Counted from the first letter of the stretch, positions 40,690 to 52,677 are shown. The stretch is 64,000 nucleotides of DNA from Candidatus Bathyarchaeota archaeon (GCA_963717465.1 OY970340.1:416001-480000), one strand, 5' to 3'. The notes: a model not told the origin generated them from the letters alone. A program made the numbers and translations.

Positions 40690-41148
40690 GTGGAGCCACT
40701 GACCAAACGTTCAAACCAGCTTTTGAGAACACTCTTTGAGAAAGGCAAATCCACAAGCACTTACACGTTAAGAGTTAAACACGATGAGTTATCTAATCAA
40801 CTGGGAATAAGCAGACAAGCTCTAAACGTGCACTTACGTCAACTAAAGAATAACGATTACATACGCACAGGCAGAGGCTTCATAGATGTCACTGAAAAAG
40901 GATTAAACGCTCTGGGCGTTTCTACCACGCCCGCATTCATCCTCTTAAAAGTTACTCCTGTAAAAAGAATTCATGTTTATGAGCAGATACAGCAACTTCA
41001 AATTTCCAAGGCATACAGGATAGCAGGCGAAGTAGATGCCTTGATAATTGTTGAAAGAGAAAACCTGGACGAAACGTTAAAGAAACTGTACGAGATAGAT
41101 GGAATAGAAGATACTCGGTCTTACGTCACCATTGAAACGATTAAATGA
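40690..41148 (+). CDS. Lrp/AsnC-type regulator (wHTH + RAM domain)
   Basis: LGISRQALNVHL, RIAGEVD, IDGIEDTRSY. Confidence 0.8.
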   Translation: MEPLTKRSNQLLRTLFEKGKSTSTYTLRVKHDELSNQLGISRQALNVHLRQLKNNDYIRTGRGFIDVTEKGLNALGVSTTPAFILLKVTPVKRIHVYEQIQQLQISKAYRIAGEVDALIIVERENLDETLKKLYEIDGIEDTRSYVTIETIK

Positions 41149-41163
41149 GGCCTAAAGTATTTA

Positions 41164-42301
41164 TTGAAATTATACGAGTTTGAAGCTAAACAGCTTCTTG
41201 TAAAATATTCTATACCTGTCCCAGAAGGCATACTGCTAGCTGATGCTAAACAAACAGCCGATGTTGCAAATAAGTTAGCGCCGCCTTATGCTTTGAAAGC
41301 TCAAGTGTTGGTCGGTGGAAGGCAAAAGGCTGGGGGAATTTTATTTGCTGATTCAATTGAAGAAGCACAGAAAGCTGCTTCAACCCTTTTACGTATGGAA
41401 ATTAAGAATTTGCCTGTAAACAGATTGCTTGTTGAGAAAAAGGTTCCAGTAAAAAGAGAACTGTACGTTGGTGTAACTGTTGATCGTTTAAAACAATCGT
41501 ACGTTACTATTGCATCGGCGAACGGCGGAGTTGATGTTGAAGAAACAGCAAGCAAAAATCCGCTGGCAATTAATAAGATATTGATTAATCCACAACAAGG
41601 TTTCAAATCCTATCGAGCAACTGCAATGGCGAAAAAATTAGGGTACTGCGGAATCCAACTGTTAGAGTTAACAAACATTATCAAGAATTTGTATCAAGCT
41701 AGTTTTGAAAATGACGCTGAATTATTTGAGATAAATCCATTAGCAGAATTAACCGACGGAACGTTTACGGCTTTAGATTCACACGCATTAATCGACGACA
41801 ACGCGCTCTACAGGCAACGAGAATACAAGAACGATGCTTGCTGAACGGGAAAAAACGTCCGAGGAAAACTATGCCTTGAAAAAAGATTTATCATACATTA
41901 AACTTGACGGTGACATAGGCGTTATCGCGAACGGCGCAGGTTTAGAGATGACTACACTTGACCTCATTAATTATTATGGGGGAAAACCGGCGAATTTTTT
42001 GGACTTAGGTGGTGGGGCAACGATCCAAAGAATAACGCATGCTCTCCAAATTGTGCTCTTCGACGTAGATACAAAGACCGTTCTTGTCAACATTTTAGGC
42101 GGGATGACTCATTGCGACGAAGCGGCACAAAGCATCGTTGATACGCTTAAAGTTTATCGCGTTAGAAAGCCAGTTATTGTTAGATTAGCCGGAACCAATC
42201 AGGAAGAAGGAAAACGAATCCTTACAGAAGCGGGGATACAGTCTGTCGATAGCATGGAGGAAGCAGCAAAGCTTACGGTTGAAACTACGAAAAGGGGATA
42301 A
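41164..42301 (+). CDS. sucC: Succinyl-CoA synthetase beta subunit (frameshift near 41830)
   Basis: KLYEFEAK, KAQVLVGGR.KAGG, EINPL, NGAGL, PANFLDLGGGA. Confidence 0.93.
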
Positions 42302-42307
42302 TGCAAA

Positions 42308-43198
42308 ATGGGGATTTTGATTAACAAGGATACCAGGACAATAGTGCAGGGAATGACTGGCAAACAGGGCAGTTATCACTGTGTACTCATGCGGGAATAC
42401 GGTACCAGAATAGTTGCAGGCGTGACCCCTGGAAAAGGCGGTACAATATTAAATAACGTTCCAGTCTTCGACATGGTTGAAGAAGCTGTGAAGAAATTTA
42501 CGCCTAACGCCTCCATAATTTTTGTGCCAGCTGAATCAGCCTTAGAAGCAGCTATGGAAGCAATAGATAACAAGATAAAAACTATCGTTATAATCACCGA
42601 GCGCCTACCAATAAAAGACGCAATATCACTGATTTACACAGCAACTCAAGCCCAAGTGACTATAATTGGACCAAATACGCCTGGAGTAATAACGCCTGGC
42701 GAATGCAAACTGGGAGTGATGCCAGCAAACGTTTTTACACCGGGAAACGTAGGCTTGATTTCAAGAAGCGGTACACTAACTTATGAAATCGCCAGTAATT
42801 TAACCAAAGAAAAAATTGGCCAATCCACATGCCTCGGAGTCGGCGGCGACCCAATTGTCGGATTCAACTTTATTGAATCACTAAAACGGTTCAAAGACGA
42901 CGAGCAAACAAAAGCCATTGTAATAATTGGAGAAATAGGCGGAAACCTTGAAGAATTAACCGCTCAATACATATCTCAAACGCATTATCCAAAGCCAGTT
43001 GTAGCATTTATCGCAGGAGTTTCTGCGCCGCCTGAAAAACGAATGGGACATGCAGGAGCTATAATAATGAATAATCAAGGAACAGCTAAAAGCAAAATCG
43101 AAGCGTTTACAAATGCAGGCGTTAAAGTTGCTGAAAAACCAAGCGATATAGCAAAACTACTGATAAAGGAACTGGGTACAGAAATTTTGATAAAATAA
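42308..43198 (+). CDS. sucD: Succinyl-CoA synthetase alpha subunit
   Basis: QGMTGKQG, GPNTPG, SRSGTLTYE, RMGHAGA. Confidence 0.96.
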   Translation: MGILINKDTRTIVQGMTGKQGSYHCVLMREYGTRIVAGVTPGKGGTILNNVPVFDMVEEAVKKFTPNASIIFVPAESALEAAMEAIDNKIKTIVIITERLPIKDAISLIYTATQAQVTIIGPNTPGVITPGECKLGVMPANVFTPGNVGLISRSGTLTYEIASNLTKEKIGQSTCLGVGGDPIVGFNFIESLKRFKDDEQTKAIVIIGEIGGNLEELTAQYISQTHYPKPVVAFIAGVSAPPEKRMGHAGAIIMNNQGTAKSKIEAFTNAGVKVAEKPSDIAKLLIKELGTEILIK

Positions 43199-43214
43199 AA
43201 AAGAAAAGGAAAGT

Positions 43215-44447
43215 TTAGATTTTCTTTTTAGTTACTGCTGATTCTAATGCAACGACGCCTGGAAGTTTTTTACCCATCAAAAACTCGATTAATGCACCGC
43301 CAGCTGTGCTAATGTAACCCATCTTCTTGGATAACCCGTATTCTTCGATGGCTGCAATCGTGTTTCCTCCTCCGCAAAGGCTGAATCCTTTTGAATTAGC
43401 TATGGCTTCAAAAACTTTCTTTGTGCCATAATTAAATTCTTTATTTTCATACACACCCATTGGTCCGCTGAGGACGATAGATTTAGCTTTAGCGATTATT
43501 TTGCTGAAGTTGTCAACTGTTTTTGCTCCTATGTCAAATATCGAGTGTTCTGTTGGCAATTTGCTTACTGGAATCTCTTTGCGTTTACCATCAACTTCTA
43601 GCGCTACATCTTCTGGCAAAACAATTTTATCAGGATACTGCTTCAAGAGCTCTTTTATTCCTGGAACGAATTGCATAAGTTCTTTTTTAGCTAAAAAGTC
43701 CATTGTCTTCTTGCCTAAATCAACACCTTTCGCCGCAAGAAACAGCTGTGAAGTAACACCGCCTACCAATACGTAATCCGCTATTCCGTTGCCTAAAACG
43801 TACTTGCTTATTTCCAGCGAGTCATCAGCCTTGGCGCCTCCCATGACGTAAACGCATGGTTTCTCGGGTTTCTCTAAAGCGCGGCTAAGAGATTTCAGTT
43901 CACGCTCCATAATACGTCCTGCACAACTCGGTAGCACTGCTGTGAACCCGACCATTGAAACATGTCCGCGGTGTGCTGCTGCAAAAGCGTCATTCACGAA
44001 TAAATCTGCAAGTGGTGCAAGATTCTGAACAAGTTCCGATTTGGAGTGCTGTTCAGGTGTACCATTCTTGGTTTCTCCGTCAAATCCTCGCACGTTTTCT
44101 AAAACGAGGATTTCCCCGCTTTTCAAATCCTTAATCGCTTTTTTTGCTTTTTCTCCAAAAATGTCATCAACGTATTTTACCGGGCATTTGAGGATCTTTT
44201 GCAATATTTCGGCATGCTGCTTTAGTGGTGTAAAGTCTGGATCTCCTTTTCGTCCTTGATGAGCTAACACAACAACTTTTGCTCCCTTCTCCGCGAGTTC
44301 TTTTAATGTTGACTCAGCATGAGCTCTTATTCTTACGTCACTAGTAACTTTCTTTGTTTGAGGATCAATTTCTGAGTTAAAATCAACTCGAACTAAAACA
44401 ACTTTATTCTTAACGTCAAAATCGTCTAAAGTTTTAAATTTTACCAT
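43215..44447 (-). CDS. pgk: Phosphoglycerate kinase (archaeal type)
   Basis: RVDFN, AHQGR, LENVR, NDAFAAAHR, GGAK, STAGGA. Confidence 0.96.
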   Translation of the reverse strand: MVKFKTLDDFDVKNKVVLVRVDFNSEIDPQTKKVTSDVRIRAHAESTLKELAEKGAKVVVLAHQGRKGDPDFTPLKQHAEILQKILKCPVKYVDDIFGEKAKKAIKDLKSGEILVLENVRGFDGETKNGTPEQHSKSELVQNLAPLADLFVNDAFAAAHRGHVSMVGFTAVLPSCAGRIMERELKSLSRALEKPEKPCVYVMGGAKADDSLEISKYVLGNGIADYVLVGGVTSQLFLAAKGVDLGKKTMDFLAKKELMQFVPGIKELLKQYPDKIVLPEDVALEVDGKRKEIPVSKLPTEHSIFDIGAKTVDNFSKIIAKAKSIVLSGPMGVYENKEFNYGTKKVFEAIANSKGFSLCGGGNTIAAIEEYGLSKKMGYISTAGGALIEFLMGKKLPGVVALESAVTKKKI

Positions 44448-44519
44448 TTTAATGCTCTCCGTGAATTTAAACCAAAAAAGAAAAAGTAAAGAAGGATTTA
44501 AGTATTACTTGCTTGGTGT

Positions 44520-45539
44520 TTAAAGCTTCGCTTTCTTGCCGACCAATTCTATTAAGTCAACCATGCGGCAGCTAAAGCCCCACTCGTTATCGTACCAAGC
44601 GAACACTTTGACGAAGTTGCCTTTGTCACCAAGTACCATGGTTAACTGAGAATCGAATACTGCTGAGTAAGTGCTGTGCAATACGTCGCTGCTTACAATT
44701 GGGTCTTCAGTGTACTCCATTATGCCTTTAAGCGAGCCTTGTGAAGCTTTCTTCATAGCATCGTTGATTTCTTGTTTAGTAACTTCCTTGCTTAAAATAG
44801 CAGTTAAGTCAACGATAGAGACGTCAGGTGTTGGTACACGTAAGGAAATACCATTCATCTTCTTATTGCAACTTGGCAGAACTAAACCGATAGCTTTTGC
44901 GGCGCCGGTGCTTGTTGGAATAATGTTTATTGCTGCTGCACGCGCTCTGCGAAGATCCTTATGTACGAGGTCTTGAACTTTCTGGTCGTTTGTATAGCTG
45001 TGAGTTGTGCTCATGAAAGCCTTCTCTAATCCAAAGGTGTCGGACAAAACCTTGCTGACTGGAGCAAGACAGTTTGTGGTGCATGAAGCATTGCTTAGAA
45101 TATTGTGTTTAACTGGGTCGTAAGTGTCACTGTTAACGCCCATAACAATGGTTGTATCTGGGTCTTCAGCTGGCGCAGATATTAGAACTTTTTTTGCTCC
45201 TGCAGTTAAATGCTTGCTTGCACCTTCACGGTTAGTAAACAAGCCGGTAGATTCAACCGCTAAATAAACACCAAGATCTTTCCATGGAAGAGCCGCAGGG
45301 TCCTTTTGACTGACGACTTTGAGAAGTTTTCCATTAACGACTAAATCGTTGCCTTGAACTTCGACTGTCCCATTAAATTTCCCATGAACTGAATCGTACT
45401 TTAAAAGATGTGCATTGGTTTTTGCATCTGTTAAATCGTTGATTGCTACGAAATCAATGTCCGCTTTCTTTTCTATGGCTGCTCGATAAAGAAGCCTTCC
45501 GATCCTTCCAAATCCATTAATTCCTACTTTTATTGTCAT
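44520..45539 (-). CDS. gap: Type I (bacterial-type) glyceraldehyde-3-phosphate dehydrogenase
   Basis: [34 protein letters not shown]. Confidence 0.96.
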   Translation of the reverse strand: MTIKVGINGFGRIGRLLYRAAIEKKADIDFVAINDLTDAKTNAHLLKYDSVHGKFNGTVEVQGNDLVVNGKLLKVVSQKDPAALPWKDLGVYLAVESTGLFTNREGASKHLTAGAKKVLISAPAEDPDTTIVMGVNSDTYDPVKHNILSNASCTTNCLAPVSKVLSDTFGLEKAFMSTTHSYTNDQKVQDLVHKDLRRARAAAINIIPTSTGAAKAIGLVLPSCNKKMNGISLRVPTPDVSIVDLTAILSKEVTKQEINDAMKKASQGSLKGIMEYTEDPIVSSDVLHSTYSAVFDSQLTMVLGDKGNFVKVFAWYDNEWGFSCRMVDLIELVGKKAKL

Positions 45540-45773
45540 TTGACTTTCACCAATTACTTGTGAATGAGTTAGAACTTATCTCTCTTAATTAATTTTACGC
45601 AGAAAAACAATATAGCAACAGCTTTTTTAGCATTCAAGCGCCCAAAGGTGTTTATCGCAAAAAATTCCTGAATTTATCAGCCAAAAAATTTTAAAATCAA
45701 ATCTCGAATAAATTTGTATGGCAAATTAGAAATAAATGTCTTTAATTATTAATTAAGAGGAGCAGTTATTATC

Positions 45774-47318
45774 GTGACTGATATTGTATTTGTGTTTGAA
45801 GTCCATCAACCGCACAGATTAAGGCGCAGTTTATTTTGGGAAGGCAAAATTTTTAGACGTTTAAGCAAAACGGAGTTATTCAAGTATTATTTTGACGATG
45901 AAGTTGACAGGGAAATATTCAAGCGTGCTGCAAGAAAATGTTATTTCCCGTCAAACCAGATACTGCTTGATCAAATAGACAAACATAAAAACGACCGCAA
46001 ACCAGTGAAAGTTTCATTCAGCATTTCAGGAGTTTTCCTTGAGCAGTGCGAAATGTTCGATAAGGATCTTCTTGACACGTTTAAACAGCTCGCCGCTTCA
46101 GGACGAGTGGAGTTACTTAATCAAACGTACTATCATTCGATCTCCAGTTTATACCCAGAAAAAGAAGAGTTTATCGAACAGGTAAAAATGCACAATCAAA
46201 CCGTCAAATCACTCTTAGGGTACGCACCGAGCGTTTTTGAAAATACTGAGCTGCTTTATAACAATACGATAGCAAAAACAGTTGAAACATTAGGGTTCAA
46301 AGGCATATACACTGAGGGTGTTGAAAAAATCCTCGGCGAAAAATCCCCAAATTACATTTACCATCCGAAAGGACTAAAAATTCGTGTTCTGCTGCGAAAC
46401 TATAAGTTAACTGATGATATCGGCTTTAGGTTTTCTGCAAGATGGTGGCCTGAATGGCCATTAACCGCTGATAAATATGCAGGCTGGCTAGCTGGCGTTG
46501 AGGGGAAATGCGTTAACATTTTTCCTGATTATGAAACTTTTGGGGAACACCATTGGCCGGAAACAGGCATACACAATTTCCTACTTCACCTGCCAGACGA
46601 AATTCTAAAGCACGACAAATTGAATATGGCAACGCCGTCGGAAGTCATTGAAAAGCATTCACCATCAGGTGAAATAGATGCCCCCGAAGTACATGGCACT
46701 GTCTCTTGGGCTGATGTTCAAAGAGACCAAACTGGTTGGCTCGGCAACGTTATGCAATGGGCGTACTACAATTCTCTACGTCGATTAGAGCCTCTCATAA
46801 AAGAAGCGGATGACGGCGAATTCTTAAGATTATGGCGTGACTTTCAAACTAGCGATCACTTATACTACATGTTTACGGCAGGCGGAGGACCAGGTGAAGT
46901 TCACTCCTACTTTAGTCCTTACGAATCGCCTATGGATGCATTTGCTGTAGCACAGACGTTGCTTAATGATTTTGAGGCAAGACTTAGGTTGATAGTTTTA
47001 ACAGCAAACGAGCCTTTCATGTTCTACACTGGCATAGGAAAAGAATATTATACGGGTAATATTACATGGAGCCTTAAGGGTTTTATGAAAAACTTAAGAA
47101 CCGTCGATGCCAAATCAATAGAATTTCACATTTCCAACGGTGACTTTGAAAACTGGGTTCGGCACTCCCTAAGAGATACAGAGTTAGCAATTAAACTGCA
47201 TGAAATTAAAGCATCAAAAGAGAAAGGCGAAAAACTTCGAAAAAGAACAATTGCAGTTGTAAAAAAGCGTTACATTACAATGCAGAAGCAAATACTTGCT
47301 TCAGCAAAATTATTTTAG
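45774..47318 (+). CDS. GH57 alpha-amylase with C-terminal DUF5752-like domain
   Basis: FEVHQP, FENTEL, DYETFGEH, QTSDH.YYM; EFH..NGDFENWV. Confidence 0.9.
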   Translation: MTDIVFVFEVHQPHRLRRSLFWEGKIFRRLSKTELFKYYFDDEVDREIFKRAARKCYFPSNQILLDQIDKHKNDRKPVKVSFSISGVFLEQCEMFDKDLLDTFKQLAASGRVELLNQTYYHSISSLYPEKEEFIEQVKMHNQTVKSLLGYAPSVFENTELLYNNTIAKTVETLGFKGIYTEGVEKILGEKSPNYIYHPKGLKIRVLLRNYKLTDDIGFRFSARWWPEWPLTADKYAGWLAGVEGKCVNIFPDYETFGEHHWPETGIHNFLLHLPDEILKHDKLNMATPSEVIEKHSPSGEIDAPEVHGTVSWADVQRDQTGWLGNVMQWAYYNSLRRLEPLIKEADDGEFLRLWRDFQTSDHLYYMFTAGGGPGEVHSYFSPYESPMDAFAVAQTLLNDFEARLRLIVLTANEPFMFYTGIGKEYYTGNITWSLKGFMKNLRTVDAKSIEFHISNGDFENWVRHSLRDTELAIKLHEIKASKEKGEKLRKRTIAVVKKRYITMQKQILASAKLF

Positions 47319-47385
47319 TTTTTGTAACCGTTTAATCTTTATTAAGATTAGTTAACTTATATTTTCGTCAGCACGGTGCCAAAAA

Positions 47386-47637
47386 ATGAGGGAAGATCTT
47401 CCTTTTCCAGATAAAGTATTGCAGACACTGCATAATTTATGCGCTACGGCCGCAGATTTGGCTAGAAGAAGTGAAGAAGTGGCGAGAATACTTCAGCATG
47501 AACCGAACGAAATCGAAGAAATTTTGGACAGGTACAAGTCAGAAGGCTTTGCTGAAAGTTTTGTAGACAGCGAAGGGAAAAAAAGGTATTATCTTAATGG
47601 TAGAGGAATTATCAAAGTTTGCTCACTTTTCACGTAG
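47386..47637 (+). CDS. Small winged-helix-like hypothetical protein
   Basis: 83 aa; ..G.KRYYL..RG wing; lies inside the glucan operon. Confidence 0.55.
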   Translation: MREDLPFPDKVLQTLHNLCATAADLARRSEEVARILQHEPNEIEEILDRYKSEGFAESFVDSEGKKRYYLNGRGIIKVCSLFT

Positions 47638-47644
47638 TGGTAGC

Positions 47645-48268
47645 ATGCGTGTCTTAATTTTCTCTTGGGAGTTTCCACCTAGAGTGGTAGGTAAACTTGC
47701 CGAGTATGTCAATGAACTTTCAAATATGCTGGCCAAAAACAAAGTGGCAACTTTTGTGATTACTTATCACGATTTTTTAACTGGTTCCGTTGAGGAGCCA
47801 TCAGGAGTAATAGCGGTAAGAGTGTCAAATCCGGTTCGCACACACATCGGAGTTTTAACGTGGGTTTTAACTTTAAATCAGGAAGTGGAAAGGGCTGCAG
47901 CTAACATTTACTATCAAGCTGATAAGAAAGTTGATTTGATTGATGTCGTGGACTGGCATTTCATACCAGCAGCAGTAACCTTGAAAAACGGTTTAGGAAT
48001 ACCGTTTGTTTATTCGGTTGAAAGTTTAGAGGATCACCGTTCACAAACAGCAAACAGTTCCTACAATATGGCTATCAAAAGTATTGAGTGGCTAGGCTTT
48101 TATGAAGCAAAAAAAGTAAACGTGAAATCTGACTGGATGAGAGATGAAATTATTAGAATTTACAAAGTTCCCAAAGAGAAGATTAATGTTATTTCTACAA
48201 GCCCAGATTCTTGGACCAAAGACGTATTAAGACAGTACAATGCTGTCGCGGAGGCTAATTTGAAGTGA
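47645..48268 (+). CDS. GT4 glycosyltransferase, N-terminal domain only
   Basis: MRVLIFSWEFPP.VVG, DW, VK/SDWM; ends before the nucleotide-sugar domain. Confidence 0.75.
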   Translation: MRVLIFSWEFPPRVVGKLAEYVNELSNMLAKNKVATFVITYHDFLTGSVEEPSGVIAVRVSNPVRTHIGVLTWVLTLNQEVERAAANIYYQADKKVDLIDVVDWHFIPAAVTLKNGLGIPFVYSVESLEDHRSQTANSSYNMAIKSIEWLGFYEAKKVNVKSDWMRDEIIRIYKVPKEKINVISTSPDSWTKDVLRQYNAVAEANLK

Positions 48269-49467
48269 AAGACAAGTTAACCGTCATGATGCTAAGCTGG
48301 GAGTTTCCGCCAAGGGTAATCGGGGGAATATCGCCACATGTTTACTTCTTGTCCAAAAATCTGGCAAAACAAGGCGTTAAAGTCTACGTTGTCACTTGTG
48401 ATTTTCCAGGAGCAAAACCGTACGAAGTAATCGATGATGTAGAGGTTTACCGTATAGACTCATACAAGAATCCTTCACCTGACTTTGCAACCTGGGTTTA
48501 TCTTATGAACCTAAACATGCAGAGAGAAACAGCTGCTATAACGAGAAAGATTGGAAATGTTGATGTTTTCCACGCTCATGATTGGCTTGTAGCAACAGCA
48601 GGAATTGGATTGAAACATGTCTTTAGAAAACCACTACTGGTTACTATGCACTCGACAGAAATGGGAAGAAGAGACGGTGTACGCACCGGTACTGAAAGGA
48701 TGATTCATGAAACTGAAGCTTGGCTTACGTATGAAGCATGGAAAGTAATTTGCTGCAGCGACTACATGATTCAACATGTAAAATGGGCTTTCGGTCTTCC
48801 AAATGATAAGTTAGTCATGATTCCAAACGGCGTGAATACCCAGTGTTACGAGGAATCTGACGGTGAACTACAAGCTTTTAGAAGCAGGTTTGCATTGCCA
48901 GAAGAAAAAATCGTGCTATACGTCGGCAGGTTAGTTTACGAAAAAGGAATCCATATTTTAATCAACGCCGTACCAAAGATTCTGCAAAAAACTAATGCTA
49001 AATTCATAATCGTAGGCAGCGGCTACATGAAGGAACAATTACTAAATATTGTTCGAAGCATGGGACTAGAACACAAAGTGCTTTTTGAAGGCTTCATAGA
49101 TGAAGCAACTCTACTTAGACTGCAGAAAGTCGCCGATGTCTCAGTTGTGCCATCGCTCTTTGAGCCTTTCGGCATAGTTGCATTGGAAGCTATGGCTGCA
49201 AAAAGCCCTGTGGTAGCTTCTGACACGGGAGGCTTATCAGAAATCGTTGAACACGATGTAACTGGAGTTAAAGTTTACCCGAACAATCCTGACTCCTTAG
49301 CTTGGGGGATAACAAAAATCCTGCTTGACTCCGAGTACAGGGAACGCATAAGGGAAAACGCTTACAGAAGAGTCTTAGAAAAATACGATTGGATAAAAAT
49401 TGCACAACAAACTAAAGGGATATATGAAGGAGTTTTAAGCGAGTACTCAAAAAGCTTCTGGGCATAG
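48265..49467 (+). CDS. GT4 glycosyltransferase (glycogen-synthase-like)
   Basis: SWEFPP, HAHDW, GRLVYEKG, EPFGIVALEAM. Confidence 0.92.
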   Translation: MKDKLTVMMLSWEFPPRVIGGISPHVYFLSKNLAKQGVKVYVVTCDFPGAKPYEVIDDVEVYRIDSYKNPSPDFATWVYLMNLNMQRETAAITRKIGNVDVFHAHDWLVATAGIGLKHVFRKPLLVTMHSTEMGRRDGVRTGTERMIHETEAWLTYEAWKVICCSDYMIQHVKWAFGLPNDKLVMIPNGVNTQCYEESDGELQAFRSRFALPEEKIVLYVGRLVYEKGIHILINAVPKILQKTNAKFIIVGSGYMKEQLLNIVRSMGLEHKVLFEGFIDEATLLRLQKVADVSVVPSLFEPFGIVALEAMAAKSPVVASDTGGLSEIVEHDVTGVKVYPNNPDSLAWGITKILLDSEYRERIRENAYRRVLEKYDWIKIAQQTKGIYEGVLSEYSKSFWA

Positions 49468-49476
49468 ATTAAAAAG

Positions 49477-50817
49477 CTATTTTCCTATCACCTTAACGTT
49501 TTCAACTTGAACCCATGGAGAAATCAGTTGTCCCATTTGCCGTTCATTATTGGCGATTAAAGTCACATTTTTTAGCACTTCAAAAATGTTGCCTGCAAGC
49601 ATTATGCCTCGTGAACAGTGTGTTTTTTCTCCATTCTTTATTTTCCATGCTGGTGTAGCGACAACTGAGAAGTCGCCGCTGACAGGGTTACTGCTGTGGG
49701 CACCTTGCAAATAGTATATTATTAAGCCATCGTCTAGTTCAGCTAGCATTTCGTCGGATGATTTTGTTCCAGGCGTTATGTAGAAGTTTGTCGTGTCTAT
49801 GCTTGGCGTTGATAGGTAGCCGGCTCTTGACGCGTTGCCGGTGCTTTTTTTGGCGTCTTTTTGAGCACAGTAATTGTCGTACAGAAAGTTGCGAAGAACC
49901 CCATTTTCTATTATGGTTGTTTTTTGGTGGGGAACGCCTTCACCGTCAAAAAGCCATGTTCGAAGACCAGCCTTGAATAAGCCGTCGTCGTAGATTGTGA
50001 GTTTTTCTGAAGCAACTTTTTCTCCGATTTTATCCTTAAATGGAGATTGACCTCTCTGGACGCTGTCCGCTTTAACGGCGTTGATTAACGTATAATACAA
50101 TAGTTCTTGCAATGCAAACTGTGTAAGAATTAATGTGGTCGTTTTTGTTTCAACCGGCTTTGTCTTCAAAGCCGAAACTGCGAGTTCTGCAGCTTGCCTT
50201 CCAACCCATTCAGGGTTAACGTCATAATTTCTTGCCGCGTTAAATTCGAAACATGCCGGCGTCACCGTATTTCCTTCTTTAGCTACCGCTGCCAAACTAC
50301 ATTCAATAACAGTTCCCTTGTCAAAACCAGAAATCCCATTTGAATTGGCAATGGCGCTCGAAATGTACGCATTTCCAACTCCGCCCTCAATCGGGAAAAC
50401 CTTCTTATCCACGTTTCCAGCAGCATCCAGCATAAGCTGCGCGATATTAACCAAATCTTCCGATTGAAGCTCAAGGATCTTACCGTCAAAAGTACCTTCT
50501 GCACTATTGAAGGAATCCTTTTGTGGAAGACCATGCCAATCAGGGTCAGGCTTACTTGCTTTTGCGGCGCTTAACGCATTCAAAATAACTTTTTCAACAG
50601 CACTCTGGTCACTAATTATGTTAGTATATGCAAAACCTATTGCTTTGTTAAGGGATACTCTGATGCCTAAGCCATGGTCTATTATCTTGTTGGTTTTGCT
50701 GATTTGTCCAAGGTCAATTCCAATGTTTGTTGCTTGCCCATCATAAATGTAGGCTTCAGCGTCTTGGGCGCCTTTTTTCAAAGCCAACGTAACAGCGTTT
50801 TCTGCAAGATGCAGCAT
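49477..50817 (-). CDS. pmbA: TldD/PmbA family protein (PmbA/TldE-like)
   Basis: [22 protein letters not shown]; lacks HExxH. Confidence 0.88.
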   Translation of the reverse strand: MLHLAENAVTLALKKGAQDAEAYIYDGQATNIGIDLGQISKTNKIIDHGLGIRVSLNKAIGFAYTNIISDQSAVEKVILNALSAAKASKPDPDWHGLPQKDSFNSAEGTFDGKILELQSEDLVNIAQLMLDAAGNVDKKVFPIEGGVGNAYISSAIANSNGISGFDKGTVIECSLAAVAKEGNTVTPACFEFNAARNYDVNPEWVGRQAAELAVSALKTKPVETKTTTLILTQFALQELLYYTLINAVKADSVQRGQSPFKDKIGEKVASEKLTIYDDGLFKAGLRTWLFDGEGVPHQKTTIIENGVLRNFLYDNYCAQKDAKKSTGNASRAGYLSTPSIDTTNFYITPGTKSSDEMLAELDDGLIIYYLQGAHSSNPVSGDFSVVATPAWKIKNGEKTHCSRGIMLAGNIFEVLKNVTLIANNERQMGQLISPWVQVENVKVIGK

Positions 50818-50827
50818 TTCGTTTTTT

Positions 50828-52212
50828 TCAAGCGTTGCCACCGACAACCACCTCGTTAATTCTAATGTGCGGTCCACCATCGCATATGAAGGCGGTTTGG
50901 CCTTTTCCGCATCTTCCCGGCCATAAAGTGAAATCTTTTCCCACAGCTTCTACTTTGTTTAAAGTTTCAAGCGTGCTGCCGCTTATTGAAGCATCGCGGA
51001 CGGGTTCGCCTATTTCACCGTTAACTATTTCATAGCCCTCTTGGATGCCAACTTGGAAGGTGCCGTCAAGATTAGCTTGTCCACCTCGGAAGCTTTTGAA
51101 GTAATAACCGAATTTAACTCCCTCAATTAACTCTTCAAACGAACAGTCTCGTGGATCCATGTACGTGTTCCGCATTCGAATGATAGGTTCAACTCTGAAG
51201 TCTTCTGCTCTTGCGTTGCCAGTTGGTTCAGCGTTGAATTTATGAGCTGTTTCCCGGTTATGCATTAAGCCATAAACTACGCCGTCTTTTATAAGAAGTG
51301 TTTTGTGCGTTGGTACGCCTTCATCATCATACTTGAATGAGCCAAATGCTCCGTTAACTGTGCCGTCATCGTAGAAAGTTACTTGGTCGGACCCAATTTT
51401 TTTTCCAAAGTTATTCGAAAGAACGCCTCCTGATAATGCCAAATCAGCTTCGGCTAGATGTCCGAAAGCTTCATGAACAAATACCCCAACAACGTTTGGC
51501 CCGAGCACGACTGGAAACGTGCCGCCTTTAGGTGACTTAGCTTTTAATTGTTCGACAGCACGTTTAGCAACCATTTCACCTATCACTTCAGGCGTTTGCT
51601 CGTCAAATACTTCGTATCCAGATGTTGAACCTATTTCTTCGCGATGAAAGTAAAGACGCCATCACTCTGAGCGGAGGATGTTATTCTTGACCAAACGTAA
51701 AGTTTATCCTGCTCGATTCTTGAGCCATTACTATTCGCAAAAAAGTTTGACCCATTTAAATCAAGATAATCAATCGTGCAACTCTTTAACCGTTTATCAT
51801 AACCTAAAATTGCATTGTTAATCGCCAAAGCAGTTTTAATTTTATCCTCCATCAAAACTTCTGAAGGATTCTTTATCGGTTTAGCCACAACGTGATCATT
51901 AACCACTTGAGCGTCTGCAATCTTTAGCGGGTTTTTTAGCCGTTGACTGGCTGTTTTAGCCATTTTGCAAGCGTCTGAAATAGCACTTGTTAAAATTTCA
52001 TTATTAAGCGAGCCAACTGAAGCAAAACCCCATGAACCATTAACTAGTACACGTAAGGCTGCGCCGTTTTCGATGCCTTGTTTAGCTGCTTCAACCCGCC
52101 CTTCTTTCAGGGTAATCATAGTCTTGTTGAGCGTTTGCGCTCGGATTTCAGCGTACTGAGCCTGAAATTTTTGAACCGCAATATCAATGATTTTCTTTAA
52201 AATGTCTTCCAA
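50828..52212 (-). CDS. tldD: TldD metalloprotease (frameshift near 51645)
   Basis: [32 protein letters not shown]. Confidence 0.92.
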
Positions 52213-52327
52213 GATTAATCAACCTACTAAATAAAACAATAAACTAGTAATTTGCTAAAAGATAAAATGGTTTTGTTAGCCATGCAAGCAGAGATTGGAA
52301 AAAAATGGCACATGACACGTTAAGAGC

Positions 52328-52603
52328 CTATTCGAATAGGTCCGTCATGTTAAAGATCTTTGCTTCAACAGCAAGCGCACCAGTGCTAAGGCAGTCTTCC
52401 AGACCTTTTGCGAAAATGTCAATTCTGTCCACGTAATCGTTGGGTTTTAATGCGTAGCGAGCTTCAATGTACTGGTATATTATTTGGGTTGCTTCTTTTC
52501 CCAGAATCTCTGTTAGCACAGTATCTATTTTGTTAAGGATTGGATTTGGCTTCTTTTCGCTCACTACCAGCAAAGTAATTCCTCTCTTAGAGATACTGCA
52601 CAC
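52328..52603 (-). CDS. Small helical hypothetical protein
   Basis: ID.VL..ILG..AT.IIY..I...F.KGL...L..GA..VE pattern common in small archaeal signalling-associated proteins. Confidence 0.55.
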   Translation of the reverse strand: MCSISKRGITLLVVSEKKPNPILNKIDTVLTEILGKEATQIIYQYIEARYALKPNDYVDRIDIFAKGLEDCLSTGALAVEAKIFNMTDLFE

Positions 52604-52677
52604 TTGCCACGGCTAAATAAGCATTATCGTTAAACTGTTATGCAGATATACACATATTTTTCCATGAAAATCCATGG

